A stretch of 64,000 bases of DNA. Source: the human T2T-CHM13v2.0 reference genome, Homo sapiens. Positions 42,079 to 54,871 of this stretch are shown here, piece by piece; the stretch's first letter is position 1, and the number at the start of each line of letters is the position of its first letter. Made by a program: the position numbers and the translations under genes. The notes under the pieces were generated by a model. The model was not told the DNA's origin, searched no databases, and saw only the letters and a program-made list of their open reading frames with translations. The stretch is taken from NCBI RefSeq assembly GCF_009914755.1, contig NC_060939.1; one strand, 5' to 3'.

Positions 42079-43269
42079 TGGAGGGGAAAGCGATTATGTG
42101 GAATCCTGGGGTCCCCTAGTGGTGAGTTAGGGGTCCCGGAGCTCAGGATTGCAAGCTGAGATTATGCAGTCAGGAACTGTCATCCTTACATATCTCTGTC
42201 ACAGCTCCCTGGCCCTGGGTAAGCACTAAAATATGCATTTTCCTGGGTCTCACTTTAGAGAGAGAATACTGAGGCCCAGGGAAGGTCTGCCAAGGTCTCC
42301 CAGGACTAGAACCTAGGACTCCCTGTTTCTGGCCTCTCCTCCCAGCTAGCTTTATCAGAACCCATTTTCTTCCACAGAACAGGGCCTTTTGTTCTATAGC
42401 CCAGGGCTGTAAATTTCACCTGCGTGCAGGGATCCAGGTAACTGATCCCATCACAATGAGCCGGTGGCACCCAGGGCAGTAAAACAGGCCTATGCGTTAG
42501 AACCCCACCTGCCAGTGGCTTCCTGTAGGTGTATTTGAAGTAGTAGGAAACCAGAGTGGTTTCTACAAATAAATAACCCAGGAAAAGACAAGCCTCTCAG
42601 ATCAAAGAAGGACTCTGGCCCAAACTTGAACTAAAATCAAGCGTGCTCTTTCGACTCCACTCTGGCTGGGCAGAGGGAGGAGTAGAGAAAGTCTATCTGC
42701 TGTGCAAACATTCCCTGTCTCTGCCCTTCCTGGGTTTGTGTGAGCCTGAGAACAGGAGCCCGGGAGGAAGGCTGCACTCTCTGAACTGCTGCCAGGCGCT
42801 GCCTCATGACATTCCAGCCTGGCTTCCAGGCACAGCAGGTGCCAACAAATTGGCCTCTTGTGTGTCCGAGCCTAAGGGGCTCATTCATGGGCTGCACGCC
42901 TGTCTCAGGGCTCTCATGTAAGCCCTCTAGGGCCCCCAGCTCTTTGAGGAAATTTCATGGCATCCTCTGTGTTTCTTGGCCCTACTGGTTAATATTAATG
43001 CTTCCCAGGGGAAAGGAAGGAGAATGGAAAGAGATGCACAGAAGCCAGCAGTTCTGACTCCTTTCACGGTGGGGAAGGATGAGGGCAGAAGGTGTCTTAG
43101 AGCAGAGGAAGGACCCTTAGAAGTTGAAGTTTGCAAACTTCACCGTGCACATTAGTCACTGAGGATTGCCAGTCAGTGGCCTGGGGCAAGACCTCTGGTT
43201 TCTAACAGGCTCTTGGGTGATGCTGATGTTGCTGGTCCCTTGACCACACTCTGAGTAGCATCACCAACG

Positions 43270-43760
43270 GCCAAATCCCTCCCGTCATGAAGTTAATGGA
43301 CAATAAGCAAACCCATTAGTGAATATATGATTATAAACTGTGTGAAGAAAATAACCAGGATGCTACAAAGGGTATTGAGGCAGGGACCTTCAGATGGGAA
43401 GAAGATGGTAGGAAAAGCATCTGTAAGAACAGGACTTTAGACTGGGACCTGAGGGTGAGTGGAGTAGGGAAAGCATTCCCGGCAGTAGGAGCAGCATGTG
43501 AAAAGTCCCTGGGGCAGAATCAAGCTTGGCATCTTCAAGGAAATGACAGAGAGGCCCATGTTGCATGGGTGGAGACTGGCATGAGATGAGGCTGGAGAAG
43601 GGTCAGGCCACACAGGGCTGGATAAAGGGCTCTGACTTCATTCTTGGTGTGATGGGAAGCCCTTGGAGGATTTTAAGCAAAAATGTGCCACGATTCATGC
43701 TGGTGGGTCTGTGGAAGATGGATTGGGATAAGGTGGGGAGTAGGCTGGTGGGTGGTTCTT
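43270..43760 (-). mobile_element. L2 fragment
   Basis: gggaaagcattcccggcagtaggagcagcatgtgaaaagtccctgggg...gatgggaagcccttggaggattttaagca. Confidence 0.7.
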
Positions 43761-43972
43761 GCATAGTCCTTCATGAAATAGTCGTCAACCTTAGTGGTAG
43801 TAAAGATTTTCATTCTTTCCAATGTGGGTCACATTTTCTAGGAAACTGCATGTTTTGGGGACATGATACAATTGAGGAAAATAAGTATTCTTTTCCGATA
43901 AAGTAATGTAAGGCCTCATTAATTAAATAAACGCTTTATGAGAGCAAAAAGACTTGGAAAGAATTAACCTTT

Positions 43973-44284
43973 GGCTGGGCTTGGTGGCTCACGCCTGTAA
44001 TCCCAGCACTTTGGGAGGCCAAGGCGGATGGATCACCTGAGGTCAGGAGTTCAAGAGCAGCCTGACCAACATGGAGAAACCTGGTCTCTACTAAAAAAAA
44101 AAAAAAAAATACAAAATTAGCTGGGCGTGGTGGCACATGCCTGTAATACCAGCTACTCAGGAGGCTGAGGCAGGAGAATCCCTTGAACCTGGGAGGCAGA
44201 GGTTTCAGTGAGCCAAGGTTGCGCCATTGCACTCCAGCCTGAGCAACAAGAGCGAAACTCCATCTCAAAAAAAAAAGAAAAAAA
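43973..44284 (+). mobile_element. Alu (AluSp/Sq-like) with expanded A linker
   Basis: catggagaaac and caagagcgaaac diagnostics; degenerate TSD aaagaa.taa.ctt. Confidence 0.93.
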
Positions 44285-44322
44285 GAACTAATCTTCATCT
44301 TTCCTTCTCCTTTTGGCTTCTT

Positions 44323-44840
44323 ATTAGTTAGGGTTGTTTCCATAGTGAATGTCAAAAACACAATTCAAACTGGCTTAAATGAAAAAGGAACTTTGTTGGC
44401 TCATGCAATTGAAAGTCCAGGGATAGTAGTAGCTTCAGGCATAATTGGGTCTTGGTGCTCAAGTATTAGCTTTCTCCATCTCTAGGCTCCACATTCCCCT
44501 GTGCAAGCTTCACTCTTAGAGAGGCTCTCTCAATATAGAGGCAAGGGTGGCCCCAGCAACTCCAGGCTTGCCAACCACAGTGGGATGAGATCCAGCTTTC
44601 CCAGTAGTTCCAGCCAATGTCCCTTTTTTTTGACTTGGGTCAACTGAACATCCCTGCACCAATCACAGCAGCCAGGGGAATGGATCTATTCATTGGCCAG
44701 GCCGGGTCACATATCTACCTTAGGAGCAAGGCGAGTGGGTCAGCCCCCATTGAGCTACATGGACTGAGAGTAAAGGGAAAGATGGCTGCAAAGGAAGATC
44801 TAGGGGCTGAATTCGGGAGCAGGAGATGAAACTCACAAAC
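44323..44840 (-). mobile_element. Old MLT1 (K-like) LTR
   Basis: aattcaaactggcttaaatgaaaaaggaactttgttggctcatg...agcttcaggca...accaatcac. Confidence 0.7.
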
Positions 44841-46329
44841 ATCCTCTGTGGGCTCCTCATTCATTTTGAATGTAGCACCTTCTCCCATCAATCATTAAGG
44901 CTGGTTCCAGTTCATCACCTTTTGTTCTAAACCTGTGTCTGGATCTTGCCTCTCCTGAAGACATCTAGTTCTGGGAGCAGGAGGCATCTTGCTGGCAATG
45001 ATGCCCTATCTGTCCCATCTCTCCTGCTGCTCCCAGCAGACTATGCCTTTGCCCAGGTCAGAAGGCCTTTGCCCCACAAGGCCCTTGTTTCCAGTTTCAA
45101 GGATGCCTCTAGTTCACAGTCCACATGCCGGAAGGCAATGATGGGCCTACCCTGGGTCTAAACACAGATCTCAATCCATGGCATCTGTGCTAACTCCAGG
45201 TAGACAGTATCAGAATCGAATGGATTATAGAGCACCTAGTTATTGTGCACCAAGAACTGGAGAATTGCTTGGTTTGAAAATCCCTTGCACATTTAGTGGT
45301 CGGAAGTATTGGGATAGTGGAGGGAAAAAGCAGTTTTTCCTTTAGTTGGTGGAGAGAAGTAAACACGTTTTCCCCTTTCTGCTGTACCTCTAGAAGGGTT
45401 TTACCTGCATCAGAATCTTTCAGGGTGTCTGGCAGGGGTGCACATGCAGATTACTGAGTCCTGCCCCAGATCCACAGTCAGAACCCAAAGGGTAGGGTGG
45501 ATCTGCCTGCTTGTCAAGCTCTGCAGAGTATTCTCCCTGTCTCCCACTCATACACAGGCACACACGCACACACACATACACACACAGGGACACGCATACA
45601 CATTTTCTAGACCTTTCCAGCTCAGGTTGTTGGCTCCGCCTGCTTTCAAGGCCTCTGGATGAGTCTCTCCAGTGCTTCATTCCCCCTGTTCCTTCATTTA
45701 ATTTGGAAAGTGGGTGCTTTAGAATTACACTTCTATCATACAAAAGTAGTTTGAACAGACAAAACAGAGCCACACATAGAACCACTCCAATAGCAGCTAA
45801 CATTTTCCAGGATCTTCTGGTTTTGAGAACTTCTTTCACGTCCAGGTGTGTATGGTGTGGCACACTTAGCTAGAATCCAGCCTTCTTGGACCCTATCACA
45901 TTACCTGTCTTCTCTCTGGGCACTAGAATATTAAGGACAGTTGTAAGTCGGGCCCACACAGTCTGAGATGATGTACTTGCAGTGCCTGGAGGCATCACTC
46001 CAAAAGGATTAGCTGTTAGTGTGAAAGCCATGGATGGGATGAGAATGGAACAATGCTTGCTGCGGACTTTATTTAAGCCAGCACGGCAGCACTGAAAACA
46101 CCACACCCAGTGGTGGGGATTTTCAATGCCCATCTCACCTACCAGGCAATCAATGCAGCACTGAGCTGAGTGGGCATCTGCTGCAGAGAAAGGCATCGTT
46201 TCTACAGCATGCCCTGCCTCAAGCACTATGCATGTCCCTTCTCTCCCTTCCCACCCCCACCTTGCCTGCACCCCAGTTTTGGCCACCTGGGTGTTCACGT
46301 CTTATCACCCTCAACTTACCCTACCCCTT

Positions 46330-46750
46330 AGCTGTGCTGACCCCTCTGCCCTCTGACCTCACCACACAGCTCCAGCCCCTGCCTGCTGCACTCCCTCACA
46401 CCCTTCTCTTTCTGTGTTCCCTCTGCCTGTGTGTTCCCAGGGCATCTCCTAACCCCATTGTCTCTTCCTTCCGGTGCCTGCTCCAATGCCACCTTATCAG
46501 AGAGAGCTTTCCTCTCCTCTGCTTGATTTCTCTCTGTAGCTCTTTGTGTGATCAGACATATATGGGATGCCTTTCCTTGCTTATTGGTTTCTATTCTTCC
46601 TCCTGTAACCCCTGTCTCCGACAACTGGACTGTGAGCTCTAACCTGATCCAGAGCAGGGTCTTTTCCTGAGTTGTTTCCTGCCGTGTCTCAATGCCTAGA
46701 ACCATCGTGCAGTAGGCACTAATAATAAACACGGATTGATTAATTAAATT
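46330..46750 (+). mobile_element. L2 3' end
   Basis: tccttccggtgcctgctccaatgccacctt...actggactgtgagctct...gcctagaaccatcgtgcagtaggcact. Confidence 0.7.
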
Positions 46751-49700
46751 CCAGCAGAGACCTCCAGGCTGCACTCCTATTCCCCTCCCATTCCTCCTCC
46801 CTGTCCCTGGCAGTGGTACCTTTTAAAAGTACACATCGACTCACTCCTCTGGCTCCTCCTGTCCGCCAGTGCCCCCACACCCATGCTTTCAGGATAAAAT
46901 CCAGACTCCTTAACTTTGCACTGAAGGTGCTTCATGAATGAACCCTGCACTACGCTCATCTTTGCTGATCCTTGGCACCTGCTGTATTCTCCAGGCATCC
47001 TCACTCTCCTTAAGCACTGATTTTCTCCTCTTTGAAACAAAGGTCTTCCTGGGACTATGAGCCTCCCTTCCCACATTGGGCCAGGAACCCCCCAGTGGGG
47101 AGAATGGGGAAAAAAGGGCCACTAAATAACCTAGATGAGGAGTGATGTGGGTCTTGACCCTGGTAGGAGGTGATGGGAAGAGGGCAGGGGGCATCTGGTA
47201 GAAATTTTTCTTGAGCCCCAGAAACAAGTAGGCACACATAGAATAACTTCAGGCCAGAAGAAACGCCAAGCCAACTGCTGATGCTAGTATTTTCAGTTAA
47301 CAAATACAACTGATGAAGTGTTTATTGCTACAATCACTTACCAAGTCAGTACAGTGCACACAACCAGCTGGGAAGATGTATAGCCCAGTGAGTAGACTTG
47401 GGTAGCTCCAAGTTCTGACTCAGAGTCTCAAGAGAGGCTCATCTTACCTTTGAGGTCTTTGAACTCTGTGATCTAGCTGCTCTTGGCATCACCTGACCTT
47501 TTAGCTGCCGGCTCTGAGGAGCCAGCCCACACTGCATTTGCCCAGGGAACTGGGAATAAAAAGGCTCATGGTGGGGCAGCCTCCTGCGCTCCCCTTGGCC
47601 CTGGCAGACTTTCCCTGCCTGAACGAGAGCCAGCTGGCAGAGCCTTTTGTGGATGATGCCTGGGGAAGCCAGAGTTGGGACTCGGGTCAACTTGTCTTTG
47701 ACGTCAGGTGGCAGCTCCTCTCCTGAAATACTTACTTGCATCCATGCATCCACTGATTTATAAGGAGGCTGAGGAGCCTGGGTTGGGCTGGTGGAATTTA
47801 AACTGTCTTTCCAGATGAGGCTCACTTGTTTAAAGACCATTGGTGGACTGGGAAGGCCAGACAGATGCTCAAATTCAGGAAAGGACAATGAGGCTTCCAA
47901 GAGAGGAATCCCTTCATGGAAGAAGCCATCCTGTGCCATGCAGACTCAAAGTCGGGGCTGGAGGGACAGTCGGGAGAGGTTTAAGGTGGAGAGCGACCCA
48001 GCTACCAGAGCAGCATTCATTACCAGGTCCTATGTGTGTTGAATGAACCTCTCTGTCAGCCTCCCTAATACCATGGGAGCCAGGTCACCTGGCTGTGGAA
48101 CATGTAACTGAGCATGGACTCTCCCTCTCCATGCAGATAAGATGGGCCACTTTCACTGTGAGGTAGGAGGCAGCTTCCAGGGCGGGCTGGACTGGGGGGA
48201 GAATCCCTCATGTCCCATGCACGAAGATAGCAGCAGGTGGATGAGGAGCAGGGGTGGAGATGGAACTTAGCTAAACCCCCAGTGAGAGGCTGTGGCTGTG
48301 AAATCCCAGGATATTTGCAGCATGAGCTGGGACAGGATTCATGTAGGCACCCGTGGGGAGTCCCAGAAATACCTGGAGGAATCATGCAAGAGGCCTGTCC
48401 TATGGGAATAAGTGAATCTCAGAGGTGATGGGCGTCTATGGTCTGGGGACTGAGGGCAGGGAAAACTGGGAACTTGGCTTACCTTTTATCGTGGGCAGCA
48501 CCCTCTCCAGAGAGCCCTGGGATTGGCGGGAGAGGCCAGGACCCTTCCTCGCTGCAGCCTCCAGTCACTCCAAACTGTAGGAGGGGCAGGCTGGCCTTGG
48601 ATTTGGTGAGCCTGGGAGCACCTGTATCAGTAACAAGACTTCCCCTCTAGCTTTATGATGCTGGGAGACAAAACAAGCTTTAACAGGGAAAGTACTCTTT
48701 TTTTCCTCAATTGAGGGTAATGCTTAAATGACAAAAAAAGAGTGATGTATTTTTTAAAAAATCTGCTTATTTTAATGTCTCCAATTTCTACTTCAAAATA
48801 CACCCACCTGTTTTGATAGAGGGTGTTGGACAAGGAGTTGAAAGTTGCAGAGCCGGCAAATAGCCAGATTCATTTGGCAAACACATTCAGTCAGTCCAAT
48901 GTTGACTGGGCAGCCTTGGTGTGCCAAGCTACTGAACTAAGGTCTGTTGGGAAGGAAAATGTGTTCACGGAGTCCCTGCCCTCAAGGAGCCCGCAGCCCA
49001 GTGTGGAAAATGTTCAGGAACTCTAAAGACAGAATGAGATAAGTTTAAAGAAGGGTTTGATGACTATGATGTGGATGCAGAGGGAGAAGGAATTGATAGG
49101 AAATTTAGGGCCAGGGAGAACCCTCTAGGGGAGGTAGAAATTATTTTATTTTGTAATTAAAACAAATTATGCATTTCAAAAGCTTGAGCATGGCAGCTGG
49201 GAGGATGGTCTGGAAGAGAAAAAACATTGAAATCAAGGAAGCAGACATCAGAATGGGGCAAGGCCTTTGGGGGCCCGGAGGAAGTTCGTGGGACTAAGAA
49301 TAGATCTGCTCCCTATGTGCTGCATTTCCATCACCCTTTCTCCTCTTTCACAGCCACTAGCCCAGCAGGTGTTGTGTTTTCATTCATGGAATCCCCCAGA
49401 AGGGTGGGAGTTTAATACTGGGATGGGTAAACAAGGCCATATTTTATCTTTTAATCCCTCTCCTCTCCAGTCCTCTCCTTTGCCTTCCTCTCCCCTCCCC
49501 TCTCTTCTCCCTTTCCCTTCCCTCTTTTGGGATCTGTGCTTTGCTTGAATGTGAGAGGCAAGCAAAGCCCCCTGGAATAAAACAATGAGCCAGGCTGCCG
49601 CGCAGAAATGACCTCTTCTCATACCCTGGCCCTCTGAGGTAGCAGGAACCTCCCTTTATCCGCCCCTGAATTCTCTGCTAGAAGGCTTACTGTTCCAGGA

Positions 49701-50337
49701 CCCCAGGACTCTGGCTTGGTGCATCTGCCACACTTCACATAATCCAGGCAGAACTTTTGCCTAGAGCCCAGTGAGGGACTCTCATTAGGTCATATTTGGG
49801 TTTTTTCCCCAGGTCATAAACATATTGCCTGACAGGGGTGAGTTTCCTGCATAAAGCCCTCTGTGGCAAGCTTTCAAGAAAGCACCTCTTGTTTAGATGT
49901 AACTCTCATCTGAAGATGCAGTTCTACCAATTTATTCGTGAAAAAGGCTACCCTAAAAGCCCATGTAGTAAGCCAGGCTGACGGTCAGCTGCATCCGTCA
50001 CTGCCCGGGAGGCAACCCTGGGTAATGGCGACACACTGACCTTTATGGAGTCTTCATCCGGGCCGGCCCGTGTACCACACACATCGCATACATCATCTCA
50101 TCCCTCTAACAGACCTCTAAGACAGCTATTATTCCCCCATTTTACAACTGAGTGGACAGAGGCTTAGATTGTTGAGTAATTGGCCAACTACACATACCGC
50201 CCTTAAGTGGCAGGTCTGAGACTTAAATTTGGATCTAGCTTGTGATAAAGCCTGATACATTTTCAAATATTTAGGAGGTTGACACTTAACTGATGGCTGA
50301 CAAGTGTCTGTTTGAGATTTAGTTAATACTCTGTAAC

Positions 50338-50523
50338 TAACAGTTCTCAAACGTAAGCGCTTATCAGAATCACCTGGAGGATTTGTTACGACAGCTTTCT
50401 GGGCCCCACCCTCAGATTTTTCTGAGTCACTTGGTCAGTAGGTCTGGAGTGGGACTGAGAACCTGTGTTTCTAACAGGTAGTGTGATGCTGCTGTTCAGG
50501 GAATACCACCGTGAGAACTGTCA
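50338..50523. mobile_element. MER5A
   Basis: cagttctcaaac...atcagaatcacctggagg...gggccccaccctcaga...tgagaactg. Confidence 0.8.
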
Positions 50524-50582
50524 CTCTGAACTGAATTGTAGCTCTAGTGTGGACCTTCTACACCACTCTGAGTCCTGAGGCT

Positions 50583-51111
<529 letters not shown>

Positions 51112-51119
51112 CAGCCATG

Positions 51120-51307
51120 TCCAGCCCTTTGAACGTGAGGACTTTTTTGCTTATCTGTGATGGTGGATATCATGAAAATTATGCACAGCCCTTTTTTTTT
51201 TTTTTTTTTATAGCTCATCAGCTACTGTTAGTGTATTTTATGTGTGGCCCAAGACAATTCTTCTTCTTCCAGTATGGCCCAGGGAAACCAAAAGTTTGGA
51301 CACCCTG
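51120..51307. mobile_element. MER30
   Basis: agctcatcagcta...gttagtgtattttatgtgtggcccaagacaattcttctt...ggcccagggaaaccaaaagtttggacaccctg. Confidence 0.8.
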
Positions 51308-51848
51308 CCAGATTTATCATTGTGGCTAAATTATTTACTCTTACGTTAAATCTCAAGTGAGTAATTACAGGCTGACTTTTCATTAGGACATATCTGGTTT
51401 GCTGGGAGGGTCATGTGCATTATTTAGATTTCAGTGCCTGTTGCACAGGGGTATGGGACTGGGGGATCCTTAAGGGTGGAGATCTTACTTTCCTTTTCCC
51501 CCAGCACCAGCGCAGTGGCCGCCCACGGGCTAACGATGTGAGCTGAATGAATAGGAGGATGTGAAATAGTTTCAGAGCTACCTTTCTCCCAGCTGCAATT
51601 GGCAAAGGCTTTGGAACCATCCCTCCCCTACAGCTGATTGGTGGGGTGAGGAGGGATTTGGACTTGATGGCACAGCAGGATCAAATGGGATTCACTCTGC
51701 CATGCTTGGGGATAGGGCGAGTCCGTGAGGGTGAATTTCTGTTATCACAGGGAACTGTAGCATCTCTCCTCTTTGGCTCTGTAGGTGGTTCCCCATTGGA
51801 AATTTCCCGTATCAATGTTTTTTAGGAAAAAGATAATTTAAGACTCTT

Positions 51849-52532
<684 letters not shown>

Positions 52533-52654
52533 CTATCAGATACTGGTTCAGGTTTCCATTTAGTTGCTCCTAATCAACATAAGCAATTGTCTTCTACTCT
52601 GTGGGCCTCGGTTTGCAAATCTGTAAAATGGGGAGGGTGGGGGTGAACTAGATC

Positions 52655-52815
52655 CTTGCTGCTTAAAGCATAGTCCACCAACAAGCAGCAACAGCCTCCC
52701 CTGGGAGCTTGTTAGAAACACAGAATCAGACCCTGCCCCAGACCTGCCCTATCAGAATCTGCATTTGAACAAGTCCCCTCCCCTACACTGATAGGCATAA
52801 GAAAGTGCACGCTGG
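52655..52815. mobile_element. MER5-like (similar fragments at ~43128-43262 and ~53995-54090)
   Basis: cctgggagcttgttagaaacacagaatc...ccccagacct...atcagaatctgcattt. Confidence 0.7.
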
Positions 52816-54184
52816 AATAGGTGTCTTATTTCAGCTCCTACTGTCTGTGAGCCTGAAGCTAAACTGCAAGTTGTTTTATTTTTAGGAATTAGAAGCACAG
52901 TTTCTGGAAGAGAGACCAGGCTTTGGAGGGCCTCTGGGGTTTTTGGTCTTTGCAGCAATGGGAGAGGTCTGGGCAGGTGTGTTTTCAAAAGGTAAAAGTA
53001 ACTCATGCCAGAGAAACATGTTTCTTGCAGCATCCTGGGATGCCCTGATCTGCAGAGGCAAAGGGTTTTCTAAGTGCTTCTCTCCAAGGATGCAGGCTGG
53101 GGTGCCCTGTCCCTGGGGTCCCCGCACAGCAGCCCCAAACATCCTGTCTAAGGAGACTGTGCTGATGGCAAGCCCTCTGAGAAAGGGCTGGCAGGAGGGA
53201 GCTCAGGGCTGCTGGAAGATCCCCAGGCTTGGGACTCTTCCTGTGTTTATCTGTGATCCAGAGGGGTGCTTGGATTGTTCTGTCTCCCATTTCCTTCTTC
53301 TCTCTAGGGATACTGTGTCAGGACCAGGTGACCAGAGAGATGCATTTTTCTGTCAGGAGAGAGCTGGGCCTGGGGAGGAACAAGTGGCAGATGGAGGCGG
53401 TGGGGCAGGGGGGCGGCGTGTTTGGCTGCCCCTTACCTGACCCAGGAGAGGAGGACAGGGCTCTTACTGGGCAATGTCAGAGAAGGGTTTCTGCATCACA
53501 ATTTGTCAGGGAAGATTTCTGTCCCATGGGAACAAGACCTCTGAGCTCTGCTTTCCTGTTTCTGTGGTTTCTGGTGTCCACAAAGATAGACTTTTGGGTC
53601 CTTAGCCAGAAAAGGATCTTAGTGGACCCTGTGCAGGCAATCCAGTCCTCCAGGAGCCACGGCATGGATTTAAGAGTCCATGAACAAGAAACCTAGGTCA
53701 CAAAGGAAGGGGGAAACATAGAAGCTTCTCTGACCACCACAAGAAAGCTGGAGGGAGATTCTTGCCCACCTTCCCCAAGCTCACCCAGGCTTGATTTCAA
53801 GATCATTATTTTGTCTACCAGGGGCAGAGAAATGGCTCAAATCAAGCATTTACTCTTCCCAGTAAGCCTTGGTGAGAGATAGGCAGGGAGTGGTGTTATT
53901 GTTCCCATTTTACAGAATGTGGGTTCTGGAGCCAGACCACCTGGGTTCAAATCCTGACTAAGCCACCTACTAGTTCTGTAACCCTTGGCAGCACCTCAGC
54001 CCCCACCCCAGACCTACCGAATCAGAATCTGCATTTCTTGGCAAGTTTCCTGGGGAAACAGGTGCACGCTGAAGTTTGAGAAGTGCTGGCTGTATAATCT
54101 CTCATATTCCTATCAGCGCCTACATTCTGAGATCCTGAGATTATACTGCAAATAATTTAATCCTTAGAAGCACAACTTCTGGAA

Positions 54185-54410
54185 AAGAAAGGCAGGTTTG
54201 AACTTTGTCACCTACTTCCTGTGTGTCCTTGGGCAAGTTAGATACTTTGTGCCTCAGTTTCCCCATCCATAAACTAGAGATAATAATGATACCTAGCTCA
54301 GAGTATTGCTTTGAGATAGTAAATTCGTCAATATATGAAAAGTGCATAAAGCAGTGCCTCGCACCTAACAGGACCCTGGTAGTGTTTGCTTCAATTATTA
54401 CTATTATCAT
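54185..54410 (+). mobile_element. MIR
   Basis: tgtgtccttgggcaagtta...tgcctcagtttccccatccataaa...gataataatgatacct. Many more MIR fragments occur (e.g. ~6060-6430, 16330-16460, 24270-24460, 25370-25570, 55300-55470). Confidence 0.8.
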
Positions 54411-54465
54411 TACAGGTGAGAAACCTGTGAGCCTCAGAAAAGCTAGGTGATTTACTCGAGGATGC

Positions 54466-54871
54466 TGTGTTAGTTTGCTAGGGCTGCCATAACAAAGTAG
54501 CACGGACTGGGTGAATTCAACAACAGAAATGTATTTACTCATAGTTCTGGAGGCTAGAAGTCTGAGATCGAGGTGTCAGGAGGGTTGGCTTCTTCTGAAG
54601 CCTCTCTCCTTGGCTTGAAGCCTCTCTCCTTGGCTTGAAGGTGGCTGTCTTCTCCCTGTCTCTTCACATGGTCTCTCCTTTGTGTCTGCATCTTAGTCTC
54701 CTCTTCTTATGAGGACACCAGTCATATTGGATTAGGGCCCACCCGTATGACCTCATTTTACCTTAGTTACCTCTTTAAAGGTCCTGTCTCCAAATACAGT
54801 CACATTCTGAGGTGCTGGGGGATAGGATTTCCACATATGAATTTGGGGAGTGCACAATTCAGCCTGTAACA
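54466..54871 (-). mobile_element. MLT1A/B (MaLR) solo LTR
   Basis: tgtgttagtttgctagggctgccataacaaag...cacaattcagcctgtaaca. Confidence 0.88.
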
